Below are positions 1-10,789 of a stretch of DNA of 64,000 nt, piece by piece (positions within the stretch are counted from its first letter, which is position 1; every line of letters starts with the position of its first letter). Under the pieces are notes generated by a model, which saw only the letters and a program-made list of their open reading frames with translations, ran no database searches and had not been told where the DNA came from. Made by a program: the position numbers and the translations under genes. Where the stretch lies: assembly GCA_037189525.1 (NCBI GenBank), contig JBBCJC010000005.1, positions 1,056,001-1,120,000 of the forward strand, read 5' to 3'. This DNA comes from Gemmatimonadales bacterium. Its GTDB lineage: Bacteria; Gemmatimonadota; Gemmatimonadetes; Gemmatimonadales; GWC2-71-9.

Positions 1-3000
1 CCCAATCGAACTGCCGTCAGATCCTATACCCTTGCCTATACATCGGGCATCCTCTCCAGTGTTTCGGCGGCAACGCCGGGCGGTGCAACACGGACTACGA
101 GCTTCACTCGCAGCAGTGCATCAACGATCATTACGGACCCCGATGGCTTCACCACGACTTATCAGCATCTGTTGTCGAATCCGGAACTGATTCAATACCG
201 CTTTGACAGGCGGGGCACTCAGACTCAATTCAGCTACCAGAGTTGGGGAGGGCTCAAAATCCAGTGGGCAACGACGACGATGGGCGTTGGCCTGCCGACT
301 ATTACCACGACGCTCCGACCACAACAGACCCTTGGCCTCCCAACCGCACCTGTCCCGAACGCGGTCGATACAGCCAAACTCTATACTTTCATCGACGGTC
401 CGCGGACGGATGTGGCCGACACGACAACCGTTCGGTTGAACCGTTATGGCGCGCCTAAGGTCATCATAGGACGCTTGGGCTTGATTGCACATCTCAACCG
501 GCAGGACACTCGGCTTCCCGGGCTCGTAACCGAAACGATACAGCCGAACGGGTGGCGTGTCACTCTTGCCTATGATATTCGTGGCAACGATTCGGTGCGG
601 ACGGACTACTCATTCAGTCCGCCCGCAGTAACGCGCTACCGATGGGATGGCCGATTTGATCAGATGACAAGGATTGAACCCCCAATGGGGAACAATCTCA
701 TTTTCTACGTCAATTCGACGACGGGCAACCGCGATTCGATGGCAGATGCCCGTTCCATCCCCCGCGTGGTTCGTTACGGCTACAATGCCAACCGCCAGCT
801 CACACAAATCACCGCACCGGGACAGGGTACGGAGGTCTATAGTTACGATCCGCGGCTCGGCAACCTCAGCCAGACAATCACACCGCGAGGACTAGCGACC
901 GAATACTATGTGGATTCAATCGGACGCAACCGCCTGATCCGCGTCCCCATTGATACCGTGTTCCCCACCCGCTACTACGATCAACGGCTGGGCTACGACG
1001 TATTGGACCGCATCATAGCCGATTCGCTGATTGCCGCAGCGGTCACCGGAGCGACGGCTGAGACCTTGTTCGTCACTCGGGCGTACAACCGGAACGGCCA
1101 GGACTCAACCATAACGCGACGGCAGGTGCCCAATCCATCCGGCGTCTCCACGCTGACCACATTGTGGTACTACGATCGCGCAGGACGGCCCGTGAAGGAA
1201 GTGGCTCCCGACGGCGCGAAGGATAGCACGGAGTATGATCGCGCAGGAAATCCCATCAAGATTCTGACGCGACGCGGACACGCCATTGTGCAGCGGTACG
1301 ATGAGCTCAACCGGCTCGATCGACGTATCACTCCGCCGGTTACACGCAGCGACACCACCTGGCCGTATTCCCGGCCTCCGGCACCGATCGACACATTGCT
1401 GTATTACCCATATACGATTCCCGGCGATACGGCCACGTTCACATACGACTTGAGCGGAAACATCCTGACGGCCAATAACAGCGCGAGCCGTATTACCAGA
1501 TCGGTCGCGGGCGATGGACGCATCCTCTCTGAAACGCAGCAAATCGTACGGGTCGACCGGACGTTCTCAGGGCACGTGTATACCGTCAATTACGCCTATG
1601 ACCAAGGCGGGCGTCGGACGGGCATCAAAGCACCCGCGCTCTTCGCCGTCGCGGGGCGCGACAGCATCAACTATACCTGGGATCCGGCAACAGGGTTTCT
1701 TACTTCGGTCCGCGACGTTGGGAATCACACTGTGGCATTCACGGTAGGTCGCCAGAACCTCGATTCTATCGTCACCTACCCCGGCGGCTACATTCGACAT
1801 TTGCGATGGAATATCAATGACGGGCTCGTGAGAGATAGTGTCGCCAATACGTCGACCGCGCCCCCTCGCTGGCAGTACGCTATTCTGAGGAACATTCCGG
1901 GAATTACCTATGACGCGCGCGACAAAGTCTTGCGCCTGCGCAGCACGGCCTTGTACCCGGATACGACCTTCGCAGAGTACAACGGCGCCGGACGTGTCAT
2001 CCGATCTGGAAATCAGCAGTCGGGGCGCAATGCCCTTGGATCGCAAACACAGTTCCGTGCAGGCGGTACGTTTACTTACGACCCCACGGGCAACCTCCTC
2101 ACTCAGGTGAGCAGAGATACGATCTCAGCAGGAGGCTCGATGCAGATCGGCGGCCAGACGCTGAGCTACACGTATCAGGCCGCGACAGCACGGTTGCTCA
2201 GCATGACACAGAGTTATCCGGGAACAACCAACTGGAATTTCGCCTACGACCCATCCGGCAACACCCGGTTTGAAGCCAAAGGGGGTATCGCAGGCGTACC
2301 GACGATACAGCGGGCAAGCCTTTATGACGCCCAGAACCAGCTCCGCATCGTCGACCTCTGGACCGGATTCGCGGGTTGGCTCCCGGCCCAACCTACCCAC
2401 CATTTCGTCGACGAGTTTCGTTATGACGCCCTGGGCCGGCGGGTATGGAATCGGATGCAGGCTATCTGTTGGGCTTCGACCGATGGACGGTGTGCCTCGC
2501 CTTACGTGCGTCGCGTGATATGGGACGGCTGGCAGATACTCGGCGAGATTCAAGCCCCGGGCAGCAAAGCTCAGAGCACACTGTGGGAACAGGATACGGG
2601 CGGGACGACGATTCCCTATTCCAATTCCGGCAGTGGCGGAACCTCGCCCGACCCCAACCGGTTCTACGGTCAGGTTCTGTACGCGCATGGGAATGCGACC
2701 GACCAACCCGTCACAATTACGCGCTACAGCTATACCGATACCCCAACGACGACACAGGTCACGTGGCCCGGCGTACAGACGATCGTACCGTTCTGGACAT
2801 GGGACGGCGTTCCGGCACTGGGAGCCTTCGCTGACGGTGTCGTAGATCGAGCGTTCAATGGTGCCTCAACATGCGTTCCGTTCGGAACCGGCGCCAATCG
2901 CTGCTACCTTATCGCCTGGCAGGGTACACAATCAGCCTATAGCCAACGCAACGGGCTTCAAGGTGACCAGTATTATTGGCACGGATCACTGTTCCAGGCC

Positions 3001-3630
3001 CAGCGCGGGGCGACGGGGCAAGACTATCGCCGATTTCGGTACTATAATCCGACAATCGGACGGTTTACACAAGAAGATCCCATCGGGCTGGCGGGCGGGC
3101 TCAACCTCTACGGCTTTGCCAATGGGGACCCGGTCAACTTCTCTGATCCCTTCGGACTCTGCACGCCGCCGGACTCTCCCGAATGTCGCTTGATCATGAT
3201 GGTGGCGTCACGGACTCGGGGGCTTATGCATCTTCGGCCCGTGATGCTTGCAGTCGCGTCGCTACCTACGATGGGGATGGGTAGCGGAGCACTCACCCTC
3301 ACGAGTCTCGGGGAAGCAGCTGGCGCAGCAACTGTCACCGCCACGGCACGGATTATTGGTTCCTATCCGGGGTATCTGCAGGCGGGAGAAGCCCTTGGAG
3401 CCAAGGTCTTCGACGTTCCGGCGAAGGTCTGGAGTACAATGTCGGAGGCAGCTCAGTGGGCGGCAAACCAAAGATTTCTGGATCGAGGGATCAAGGAGGG
3501 AGCGGAGTTTATCCTGTCTACTCTTCGATCTGAAATTCGTCGTGGATCCGCCCTTGAGAGAGAGGTGAATTATCTCTTGGCGAACGGATACCGGTGGGCA
3601 GAAAGTGGCATGAGCCTGATACCGAAGTGA
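1..3630 (+). CDS. Rhs/YD-repeat polymorphic toxin, 5'-truncated by window edge
   Basis: Frame is open from base 1 (PNRTAVRSYTLAY...). Many YD repeats (YDRAGR, YDELNRL, YDALGRR). Rhs core YYNPTIGRFTQEDPIGLAGGLNLYGFANGDPVNFSDPFGL is followed by a 156-aa C-terminal tip (3160-3630). Confidence 0.95.
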   Translation, partial: PNRTAVRSYTLAYTSGILSSVSAATPGGATRTTSFTRSSASTIITDPDGFTTTYQHLLSNPELIQYRFDRRGTQTQFSYQSWGGLKIQWATTTMGVGLPTITTTLRPQQTLGLPTAPVPNAVDTAKLYTFIDGPRTDVADTTTVRLNRYGAPKVIIGRLGLIAHLNRQDTRLPGLVTETIQPNGWRVTLAYDIRGNDSVRTDYSFSPPAVTRYRWDGRFDQMTRIEPPMGNNLIFYVNSTTGNRDSMADARSIPRVVRYGYNANRQLTQITAPGQGTEVYSYDPRLGNLSQTITPRGLATEYYVDSIGRNRLIRVPIDTVFPTRYYDQRLGYDVLDRIIADSLIAAAVTGATAETLFVTRAYNRNGQDSTITRRQVPNPSGVSTLTTLWYYDRAGRPVKEVAPDGAKDSTEYDRAGNPIKILTRRGHAIVQRYDELNRLDRRITPPVTRSDTTWPYSRPPAPIDTLLYYPYTIPGDTATFTYDLSGNILTANNSASRITRSVAGDGRILSETQQIVRVDRTFSGHVYTVNYAYDQGGRRTGIKAPALFAVAGRDSINYTWDPATGFLTSVRDVGNHTVAFTVGRQNLDSIVTYPGGYIRHLRWNINDGLVRDSVANTSTAPPRWQYAILRNIPGITYDARDKVLRLRSTALYPDTTFAEYNGAGRVIRSGNQQSGRNALGSQTQFRAGGTFTYDPTGNLLTQVSRDTISAGGSMQIGGQTLSYTYQAATARLLSMTQSYPGTTNWNFAYDPSGNTRFEAKGGIAGVPTIQRASLYDAQNQLRIVDLWTGFAGWLPAQPTHHFVDEFRYDALGRRVWNRMQAICWASTDGRCASPYVRRVIWDGWQILGEIQAPGSKAQSTLWEQDTGGTTIPYSNSGSGGTSPDPNRFYGQVLYAHGNATDQPVTITRYSYTDTPTTTQVTWPGVQTIVPFWTWDGVPALGAFADGVVDRAFNGASTCVPFGTGANRCYLIAWQGTQSAYSQRNGLQGDQYYWHGSLFQAQRGATGQDYRRFRYYNPTIGRFTQEDPIGLAGGLNLYGFANGDPVNFSDPFGLCTPPDSPECRLIMMVASRTRGLMHLRPVMLAVASLPTMGMGSGALTLTSLGEAAGAATVTATARIIGSYPGYLQAGEALGAKVFDVPAKVWSTMSEAAQWAANQRFLDRGIKEGAEFILSTLRSEIRRGSALEREVNYLLANGYRWAESGMSLIPK

Positions 3631-3637
3631 GGGAAAA

Positions 3638-4057
3638 ATGGCTAAGGACTTACTGCGCTTGGTGCAGACGTATTTGGTGCCGACCGTTGCTCAGGATCGC
3701 ATGCAGATCCTCAGTCATGAGGAATCAGACTCATTCGACAACGCCTTCGTTATTCTGGAGTGGCGAGGCGTGCGGGTACGAGTACTTCGGGAACGTAGCC
3801 AGGTCTTCGTGGACTTTGGTTCTTCGGTCGAGCCAGCGGTTTGGTTTGACTCTGCTGTTGTGATGGAATATTTGGGGCTCTCCGAGACAGCTGGGTGGCA
3901 CGACCGAGACGGTGCCGTGGTCCTGAAAGGTTTGGCCGACTTTCTCCGAACATTCGCATCTGAACTGGCAGCGCGTTTTAACCCGGCGAACTTCACGGTG
4001 GCTAAGCAGGAGCTAACACGAGTGCGCAAAGACCAAGCAGCCCGACGGTTTGGATAG
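3638..4057 (+). CDS. Putative cognate Rhs immunity protein (139 aa)
   Basis: Small ORF 7 nt after the rhs stop, GAGGGA RBS, lower GC, followed by a terminator. Classic toxin-immunity layout. Confidence 0.75.
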   Translation: MAKDLLRLVQTYLVPTVAQDRMQILSHEESDSFDNAFVILEWRGVRVRVLRERSQVFVDFGSSVEPAVWFDSAVVMEYLGLSETAGWHDRDGAVVLKGLADFLRTFASELAARFNPANFTVAKQELTRVRKDQAARRFG

Positions 4058-4080
4058 GATTTCAGCCACCAATGTAAGCG

Positions 4081-4116
4081 AAGGGGTTCGGTCCACTCGA
4101 GCCCCTTTGTTTATTA
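4081..4116 (+). terminator. Intrinsic terminator after the rhs-immunity pair
   Basis: AAGGGGTTCG-gtccact-CGAGCCCCTT 10-bp stem (one G-U pair) followed by TGTTTATT. Confidence 0.75.
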
Positions 4117-5166
4117 CTTAGGCCCAGTTCGCTGGCAGGTTTCCACGAGGGCCTCGACGAATGCAGGAGGAGCGCCTCGCATTGAGAGCCAAACCGACCC
4201 ATGGGTCGACTGTCGAAACGACTACCTGGAGGCATGTCCAGGGCACTTCGAAGTGCACACTGGCCTGCAGTTTCCCGGTGGGAACACTGACCGTGGTCAA
4301 TGCTGGGTTATTCGCTCCCACAGGCCGAGGTGCATGTTGAGATCATGCAGTACTGGGTCGCTCATGACCTCAGGGACGAGCCTGATCCTTTAGCTCCCTT
4401 GTGCTCATCAGAGGACTGAGACCCGTTTCCTATCCCGAACCCCTTCCGTGGTCGGCGTGGTCTTCTTATATCGGCGGGCACGAGTCGCCACCAGATCACT
4501 TCAGGCTGAAAGTTTCTACACCAAAGGAAGCTGGCGATTTCGTAAGTATTAAGTTCAAGGAAGATGACCGTGGCGAATACCCGGATTGAGGATCATCCGC
4601 CCTTCGGTCTTCATGCTAGTATCCAGGTGTGGGGGAATGGGGCTCAGACGTTGCCTCAGACATGTTATGCCGTAGCGAAGATTCAATGCGGGAGTTTCTA
4701 GTTTATTTTCGATGCGGAATCGCAGGATGAGATTCAACTTCCGAACCATCGATACGTCGGATGCAAATACCGAATCGATGTCGACGAAGTGGTAGGGTGG
4801 ATATGCTTAAGGACCGCGATAGCCTGCTCTACTTAGCGAAGATCCTTGTCCGCTGTGCGCTCGGCAAGCATGTTGCTGGCTTTCACTGAAGGTGGGCGTT
4901 GCCAGCAGACCTGACATCACAGGGCTCCTGAGTTGACGGTATATTCGACCGCCACCGGCGCGTAGGTAACGACTAGGACGTCACACACGGAAGCACTTTG
5001 TCCCCGGATCGGGGTTCTGTTAAAGTCAAAGTTGGTAGACTACGCTATAAGGCGCGACGGCAGACTCTGCGCGTAGTAGCGGCATTGGTGTTGTCTGAAT
5101 TCGCTCGAAACGCGGCAAAGCGACCCATGGAGAATCGATGGGTCGCTTCGTTTTCAAGGAACGGCA

Positions 5167-6369
5167 ATGAACGATCTGCTGCCTGAAAAGGTTCAGCGGG
5201 GCAACATCTGGCGCCTGTCCATCGCGCAAGCGCTGGCGGGCGCCAACTCCGTAGTCGTGTATGCCACAGGCGCCATCATCGGCGCCAAGCTGGCCCCGTC
5301 GCCGATGCTGGCCACACTGCCCATTTCCATCTTCGTGGTCGGCATGGCGGCGTGCATCCTCCCCATGGGTGCCATCGCTCGGCGGCATGGCCGACGGGCC
5401 GCGTTCATGGCGGGCACAGGGACCGGGATCCTGGCCGGTATACTCGCCATGATCGCCGTGATCATGGACGGGTTCTGGTTGTTCTGCCTGGCGACTTTCT
5501 TCGGCGGCAGCTATGCAGCCGTGGTGCAGTCGTTCCGTTTCGCAGCCGCCGACGGTGTAGCGCCGGCGCGGCGCGCGCGGGCGCTGTCGCTGGTGATGGC
5601 CGGGGGTGTGGCCGCCGGCATAGTAGGTCCGCAACTGGTGACATGGACGATGGATCTGTGGCCTCCGCACCTGTTCGCGGCCACCTTCCTCGTGCAAGCA
5701 CTGGTTGCCGGCGCCGCTGCCGTCATCCTGCTGGGCGTGCAGCTGCCCATGCCCACGGCGGAGGAGATTGCCGGAGGGCGGCCGCTCTCGGTGATTGCGC
5801 GCCAACCGCGCTTCGTCGCCGCCGCCATTGGCGGGGCTGTGTCGTACATGCTGATGAACTTCCTGATGACGGCCGCGCCGCTTGCCATGCACAACCAGGG
5901 GCACTCGCAGGTATCGGCCAACCTGGGCCTGCAATGGCACGTCATCGCGATGTTCGCCCCCAGTTTCTTTACCGGCGGTCTGATCACACGCTTCGGCGCC
6001 GGACGCGTGGCGACCGTCGGGTTGATTCTGACCGGACTCTCCGCCGCCATCGGACTGGGAGGCGTGGACGTCGCGCACTTCTGGGCCACCCTGATCCTGC
6101 TCGGCCTGGGTTGGAATTTCGGCTTCCTCGGTGCGTCCACCCTGGTGCTGGAATCCCATCGGCCCGAGGAGAAGACCCGGGTGCAGTCGCTCAACGACTT
6201 CATCGTCTTCGGCCTGATGGTCATCGGCTCGTTTTCGTCGGGCGGCCTGCTCTCTGCGTATGGCTGGAGCACGGTGCTCTGGGTGTCCTTCGTGCCGCTG
6301 GCGCTCGCCGCCGTGGCGCTGGCCAGGGCGATGTCGAGAGACAGCTCTCGCCTGGCTTCCTCGAGATAG
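5167..6369 (+). CDS. MFS transporter (resembles the RfnT-like subfamily)
   Basis: 400 aa, about 12 hydrophobic segments, motif-A-like GAIARRHGRR and GGLITRFGAG, N-terminal QALAGAN...LAP..MLATLP. Confidence 0.85.
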   Translation: MNDLLPEKVQRGNIWRLSIAQALAGANSVVVYATGAIIGAKLAPSPMLATLPISIFVVGMAACILPMGAIARRHGRRAAFMAGTGTGILAGILAMIAVIMDGFWLFCLATFFGGSYAAVVQSFRFAAADGVAPARRARALSLVMAGGVAAGIVGPQLVTWTMDLWPPHLFAATFLVQALVAGAAAVILLGVQLPMPTAEEIAGGRPLSVIARQPRFVAAAIGGAVSYMLMNFLMTAAPLAMHNQGHSQVSANLGLQWHVIAMFAPSFFTGGLITRFGAGRVATVGLILTGLSAAIGLGGVDVAHFWATLILLGLGWNFGFLGASTLVLESHRPEEKTRVQSLNDFIVFGLMVIGSFSSGGLLSAYGWSTVLWVSFVPLALAAVALARAMSRDSSRLASSR

Positions 6370-6489
6370 GCGCCGGCTAGTTCATACCAGGCCCTAACAG
6401 CCCCCCAAAGCGTTGATCTACTGTCCCCAAGGGACGGGATTCGCGTTATGTACCGCGACGTGGCGGCAGCACCTCATCCCCACCGAACC

Positions 6490-6524
6490 ATCGACAACGT
6501 CTATTACTTCACTATATTCCATAG
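6490..6524. promoter_or_regulatory. OxyR/LysR-type autoregulatory site and TATATT -10 element upstream of oxyR
   Basis: ATCG-N7-CTAT-N7-CTAT-N5-ATAG resembles the ATAG-N7-CTAT OxyR repeats. AT-rich patch just before ATG 6528. Confidence 0.55.
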
Positions 6525-6527
6525 TAC

Positions 6528-7448
6528 ATGTCGATCAATCTCCGCGACCTCGCCATCCGGGACCTCTACGCCATCACCCTGCTGGCGCGTCACCGGCATT
6601 TCGGCCGGGCCGCGGCCGAAGCCGGGATCACCCAGCCCTCGCTGTCCGCCCTGGTTCGACGGGTCGAGTCCGCGCTCGGCACGACACTATTCCACCGGAC
6701 CTCTCGGCGATGCGACATCACCGAGGCCGGCCTGACCGTCGTCGAGACCTTCGAGCGCATGCTCAAGGAACTCGACCACCTGACGACGCCGCCAAGCGCC
6801 GCCGTCATCGAGGGGCCGCTCCGCTTGGGCTTCATCCCGACGCTTGGTCCGTATCTCATTCCCCACCTGCTGGCGCCCGTCCGCAAAGCATTCCCCGCGG
6901 CGCGGCCGTTTTTCTATGAGGAACAGACGGCCTCGCTGGTCGCCATGGTGCGGTCGGGAAAACTCGACTGCGCCATCCTCTCGCTACCGACCGAGTCCGA
7001 AGGCCTCGTGGAGTTACCGCTCTTCGAGGAGGAATTGGTACTCGCCGTCCCGGAGACGCATCCGCTGGCCGCCAAAGACGTCCTGGCCCTGACGGACGTG
7101 GCCCGGACCGAACTGATCCTGATGGAGAACGGCCATTGCCTGCGCGATCAGACCATCGCGCTCTGCGGCCGAGGTGAACTGGATGTGGTGCCGTTCCATG
7201 CCACCGGCCTCGAGACGCTGCGAGGCATGGTCGGGGCCGGCGTCGGGTGCGCGGTATTCCCTGCCCTGGCGGCCCTGGCCGACACCGGCCAGAGCCAGAT
7301 CCGCTATCTCCGGTTCCGGGCCCCCGAGCCGGGACGAACGGTCGGGATCCTGACGCGGCACGACCCAGAGCGTCTGCGGGTCGCCCGAGCCTTCCAAGCC
7401 ATGATGACAACCGTCCCCCTGACGACCTCCTATCGAGCGGCCGCGTAG
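6528..7448 (+). CDS. oxyR: LysR-family hydrogen-peroxide sensor OxyR
   Basis: LysR HTH (HFGRAA..GITQPSLS), LGFIPTLGPYLIP, and GHCLRDQTIALC carrying both redox cysteines 9 residues apart. Confidence 0.88.
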   Translation: MSINLRDLAIRDLYAITLLARHRHFGRAAAEAGITQPSLSALVRRVESALGTTLFHRTSRRCDITEAGLTVVETFERMLKELDHLTTPPSAAVIEGPLRLGFIPTLGPYLIPHLLAPVRKAFPAARPFFYEEQTASLVAMVRSGKLDCAILSLPTESEGLVELPLFEEELVLAVPETHPLAAKDVLALTDVARTELILMENGHCLRDQTIALCGRGELDVVPFHATGLETLRGMVGAGVGCAVFPALAALADTGQSQIRYLRFRAPEPGRTVGILTRHDPERLRVARAFQAMMTTVPLTTSYRAAA

Positions 7449-7636
7449 GGCAAACCGGGGGTTAGCGGCTACCTCCTTGTTACTCAAGCAGTTACCGCCC
7501 GACTCTCCCGACGCAACCCGAAACAAAACCTTGACTCTCGACCGCCGTCCGGCCCACTTTTAGCGGTATCGCCAGACGGCAGGGGTACGCTTCGTCGGCC
7601 CCGTCCCAGTACTCACCTCCGTCACCGACTGAAGGT

Positions 7637-8890
<1,254 letters not shown>

Positions 8891-8906
8891 ACACGGCCAT
8901 CCACCC

Positions 8907-9527
8907 GTGGCCATAACCACGCTGTTCTCGGAACTGCCGGTCGAATTCATCGGCAGCTTTCCCGACCCCCGCCATCCGCTCGAACCGCCCCTGGCCGAAC
9001 TGATCTTTCTCGGCCGGTCCAACGTCGGGAAATCGAGCCTGATCAATGCGCTGGCCGGACGTCGGATTGCCAAGACCAGCGGCACCCCCGGCAAGACCCA
9101 GTACCTGAACGCGTTCCGGTTCCCCGGCTTCTACCTGATCGACCTGCCGGGCTACGGCTACGCCAAGCTTGGCCGAGCCGAACGCACCCGGCTACGCAAG
9201 CTGGTCGACGATGTCATCAAAACCAGAAACCGGCGCGGCGCCGTCGTCTGGCTGCTCGACATCCGGCACCCGCCATCCGACGACGATCTGACGATGGCCG
9301 ATCTGCTGGCCGAGGCAGGGCGCGAAACCATCATCGTGCTCACCAAGGGCGACAAGCTGTCGCAAGCCCAGCGGCACGCCGCGGCCAAGGCCCGCGCCGA
9401 CGACCTCGGCCTCGACCCCGACGATCTGCTGCTGACCAGCAGCGCCAAAGGATTCGGTATCGCCGAACTCGCAGAACACCTCGACGAGACCGCTCGAGAC
9501 CCGAACCTGGGACGCGGCACCGGCTGA
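8907..9527 (+). CDS. engB: Ribosome biogenesis GTPase YihA/YsxC (EngB)
   Basis: GRSNVGKSS, TPGKT, DLPGYG, TKGDK; directly after clpX. GTG start at 8907 inferred. Confidence 0.93.
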   Translation: MAITTLFSELPVEFIGSFPDPRHPLEPPLAELIFLGRSNVGKSSLINALAGRRIAKTSGTPGKTQYLNAFRFPGFYLIDLPGYGYAKLGRAERTRLRKLVDDVIKTRNRRGAVVWLLDIRHPPSDDDLTMADLLAEAGRETIIVLTKGDKLSQAQRHAAAKARADDLGLDPDDLLLTSSAKGFGIAELAEHLDETARDPNLGRGTG

Positions 9528-9573
9528 CGGCCAATCAGGCACAGCACCTCCTCTCGCCCGACGGCGGAGTCCG

Positions 9574-9675
9574 ATGATGGGCGACCCGATCATTCTGTAT
9601 CTCGCCCTCGGCGTCATCGCGTTCCTGTACGCGTCGGTGGGACATGCCGGCGCCAAGCTCACCTTCGGGATCTAG
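9574..9675 (+). pseudogene. Internally deleted TauE/SafE (sulfite exporter family) remnant, 33 codons
   Basis: GGAG RBS then MMGDPIILYLALGVIAFLYASVGHAGA-KLTFGI*. The FLYASVGHAGA N-terminal motif is joined directly to a C-terminal-like KLxF end. Confidence 0.7.
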
Positions 9676-9738
9676 CGGGGTTGGGAGGGCAGACCGGCGC
9701 GCCTAGATTGCCGACCGGTCCCCGATTCGAGGTCTCCC

Positions 9739-10575
9739 ATGCCCCTCCTCCCGCTCAAGAAACTCGACCTGCCTGGTGTTGCACGGCAGCGGATCGACCA
9801 ATGGCTGGCCGATCTGGATGAAAGGCTCTCGGGTCCCGAACAGGAATGGGGCCGGGTCTGCCGGGACACGCTCTTTCCCCTCTACTATCCCGGCCAGGGC
9901 ACCTACGATGAGGCCCGGGAGCGGTCGGCGACCTCGCCGGGTGCGCAACTGGCCCTCGATGCCCTCGATCCCGCCAATATCACGCTCGAACCCGAGTATT
10001 ACGCCGATTGTGACACGGCCAGTTTTGCCCGCGTCAAACCGCTGCTTTGGCTCTGGTACTCGTTCGATCGGACCCCACTCGGCGGGCAGAACATCCAGCT
10101 CGGGATCGAACTCCGGCGGCTCCTGGCACGCAGGATTTTCCGGCGCTGCGGCGCCAACTTCAAGTGCTTCCAGCATACCGAATTTTCGTTCGGCTACAAT
10201 ATGGAGGTGGGCGACGACGTCGTGGTCCATCGCCACGTCCTGCTCGACGACCGGGGCGGCATCGTCCTCGGTAACCGCGTCAGTATCTCGGATTACGCCA
10301 ACATCTACAGCCATACCCACAGTATCGTCGATCAGCGGGACGTGACGAACGCCGTCACCACCCTCGAAGACGATGTCCGTATTACCTACCATGCGACCGT
10401 GCTGGCCGGCACCCGGGTGGCCCACAACGGCATGGTGGGCGCCATGGCTCTGGCGACGAAAGATGTGAAGTCCTATCACGTCAACGTCGGGATTCCCGCC
10501 AAATCCGTCCGGGTCAAACCCAACGCCCCGCGCGAAACCTACGTCACGGAACGGGTCGCCCGCCGAGGCGAGTAG
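9739..10575 (+). CDS. Hexapeptide-repeat (left-handed beta-helix) acyltransferase
   Basis: LbH repeats VGDDVVVHRHVLL, LGNRVSISDYANIYSH, LEDDVRI...GAMA, GIPAK; GAGGT RBS. Confidence 0.88.
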   Translation: MPLLPLKKLDLPGVARQRIDQWLADLDERLSGPEQEWGRVCRDTLFPLYYPGQGTYDEARERSATSPGAQLALDALDPANITLEPEYYADCDTASFARVKPLLWLWYSFDRTPLGGQNIQLGIELRRLLARRIFRRCGANFKCFQHTEFSFGYNMEVGDDVVVHRHVLLDDRGGIVLGNRVSISDYANIYSHTHSIVDQRDVTNAVTTLEDDVRITYHATVLAGTRVAHNGMVGAMALATKDVKSYHVNVGIPAKSVRVKPNAPRETYVTERVARRGE

Positions 10576-10628
10576 TCCGTCCCGGCGGCGCCGAGACGGG
10601 CCGCCGACAGCCGGTTCCAGCCCCCGCC

Positions 10629-10713
10629 CGTGACCGGTTCGTCGCCAAACCGTCGCCAGACGGGGCGGCCGTGACACAACCGTTGCAACTTCGTCCCAAA
10701 TCAGAGACGCACG
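10629..10713 (+). promoter_or_regulatory. Two arrays of 11-bp-phased direct repeats (PhoB/OmpR-box-like)
   Basis: CGTGACCGGTT CGTCGCCAAAC CGTCGCCAGAC (10629-10661) and CGTGACACAAC CGTTGCAACTT CGTCCCAAATC (10670-10702). Confidence 0.55.
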
Positions 10714-10789
10714 ACCGGCAGGTTTGATCGCGTCGAGGGGTCCATGTGGGACAGCCTCGACCCGAATTCCCTAACGACCGGTCGAGACG

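Noticed and set aside
6392..6451. attC site after the MFS gene (CCCTAAC...GTTATGT)
   Set aside because: Core sites are not complementary and no paired L boxes occur at the expected spacing.
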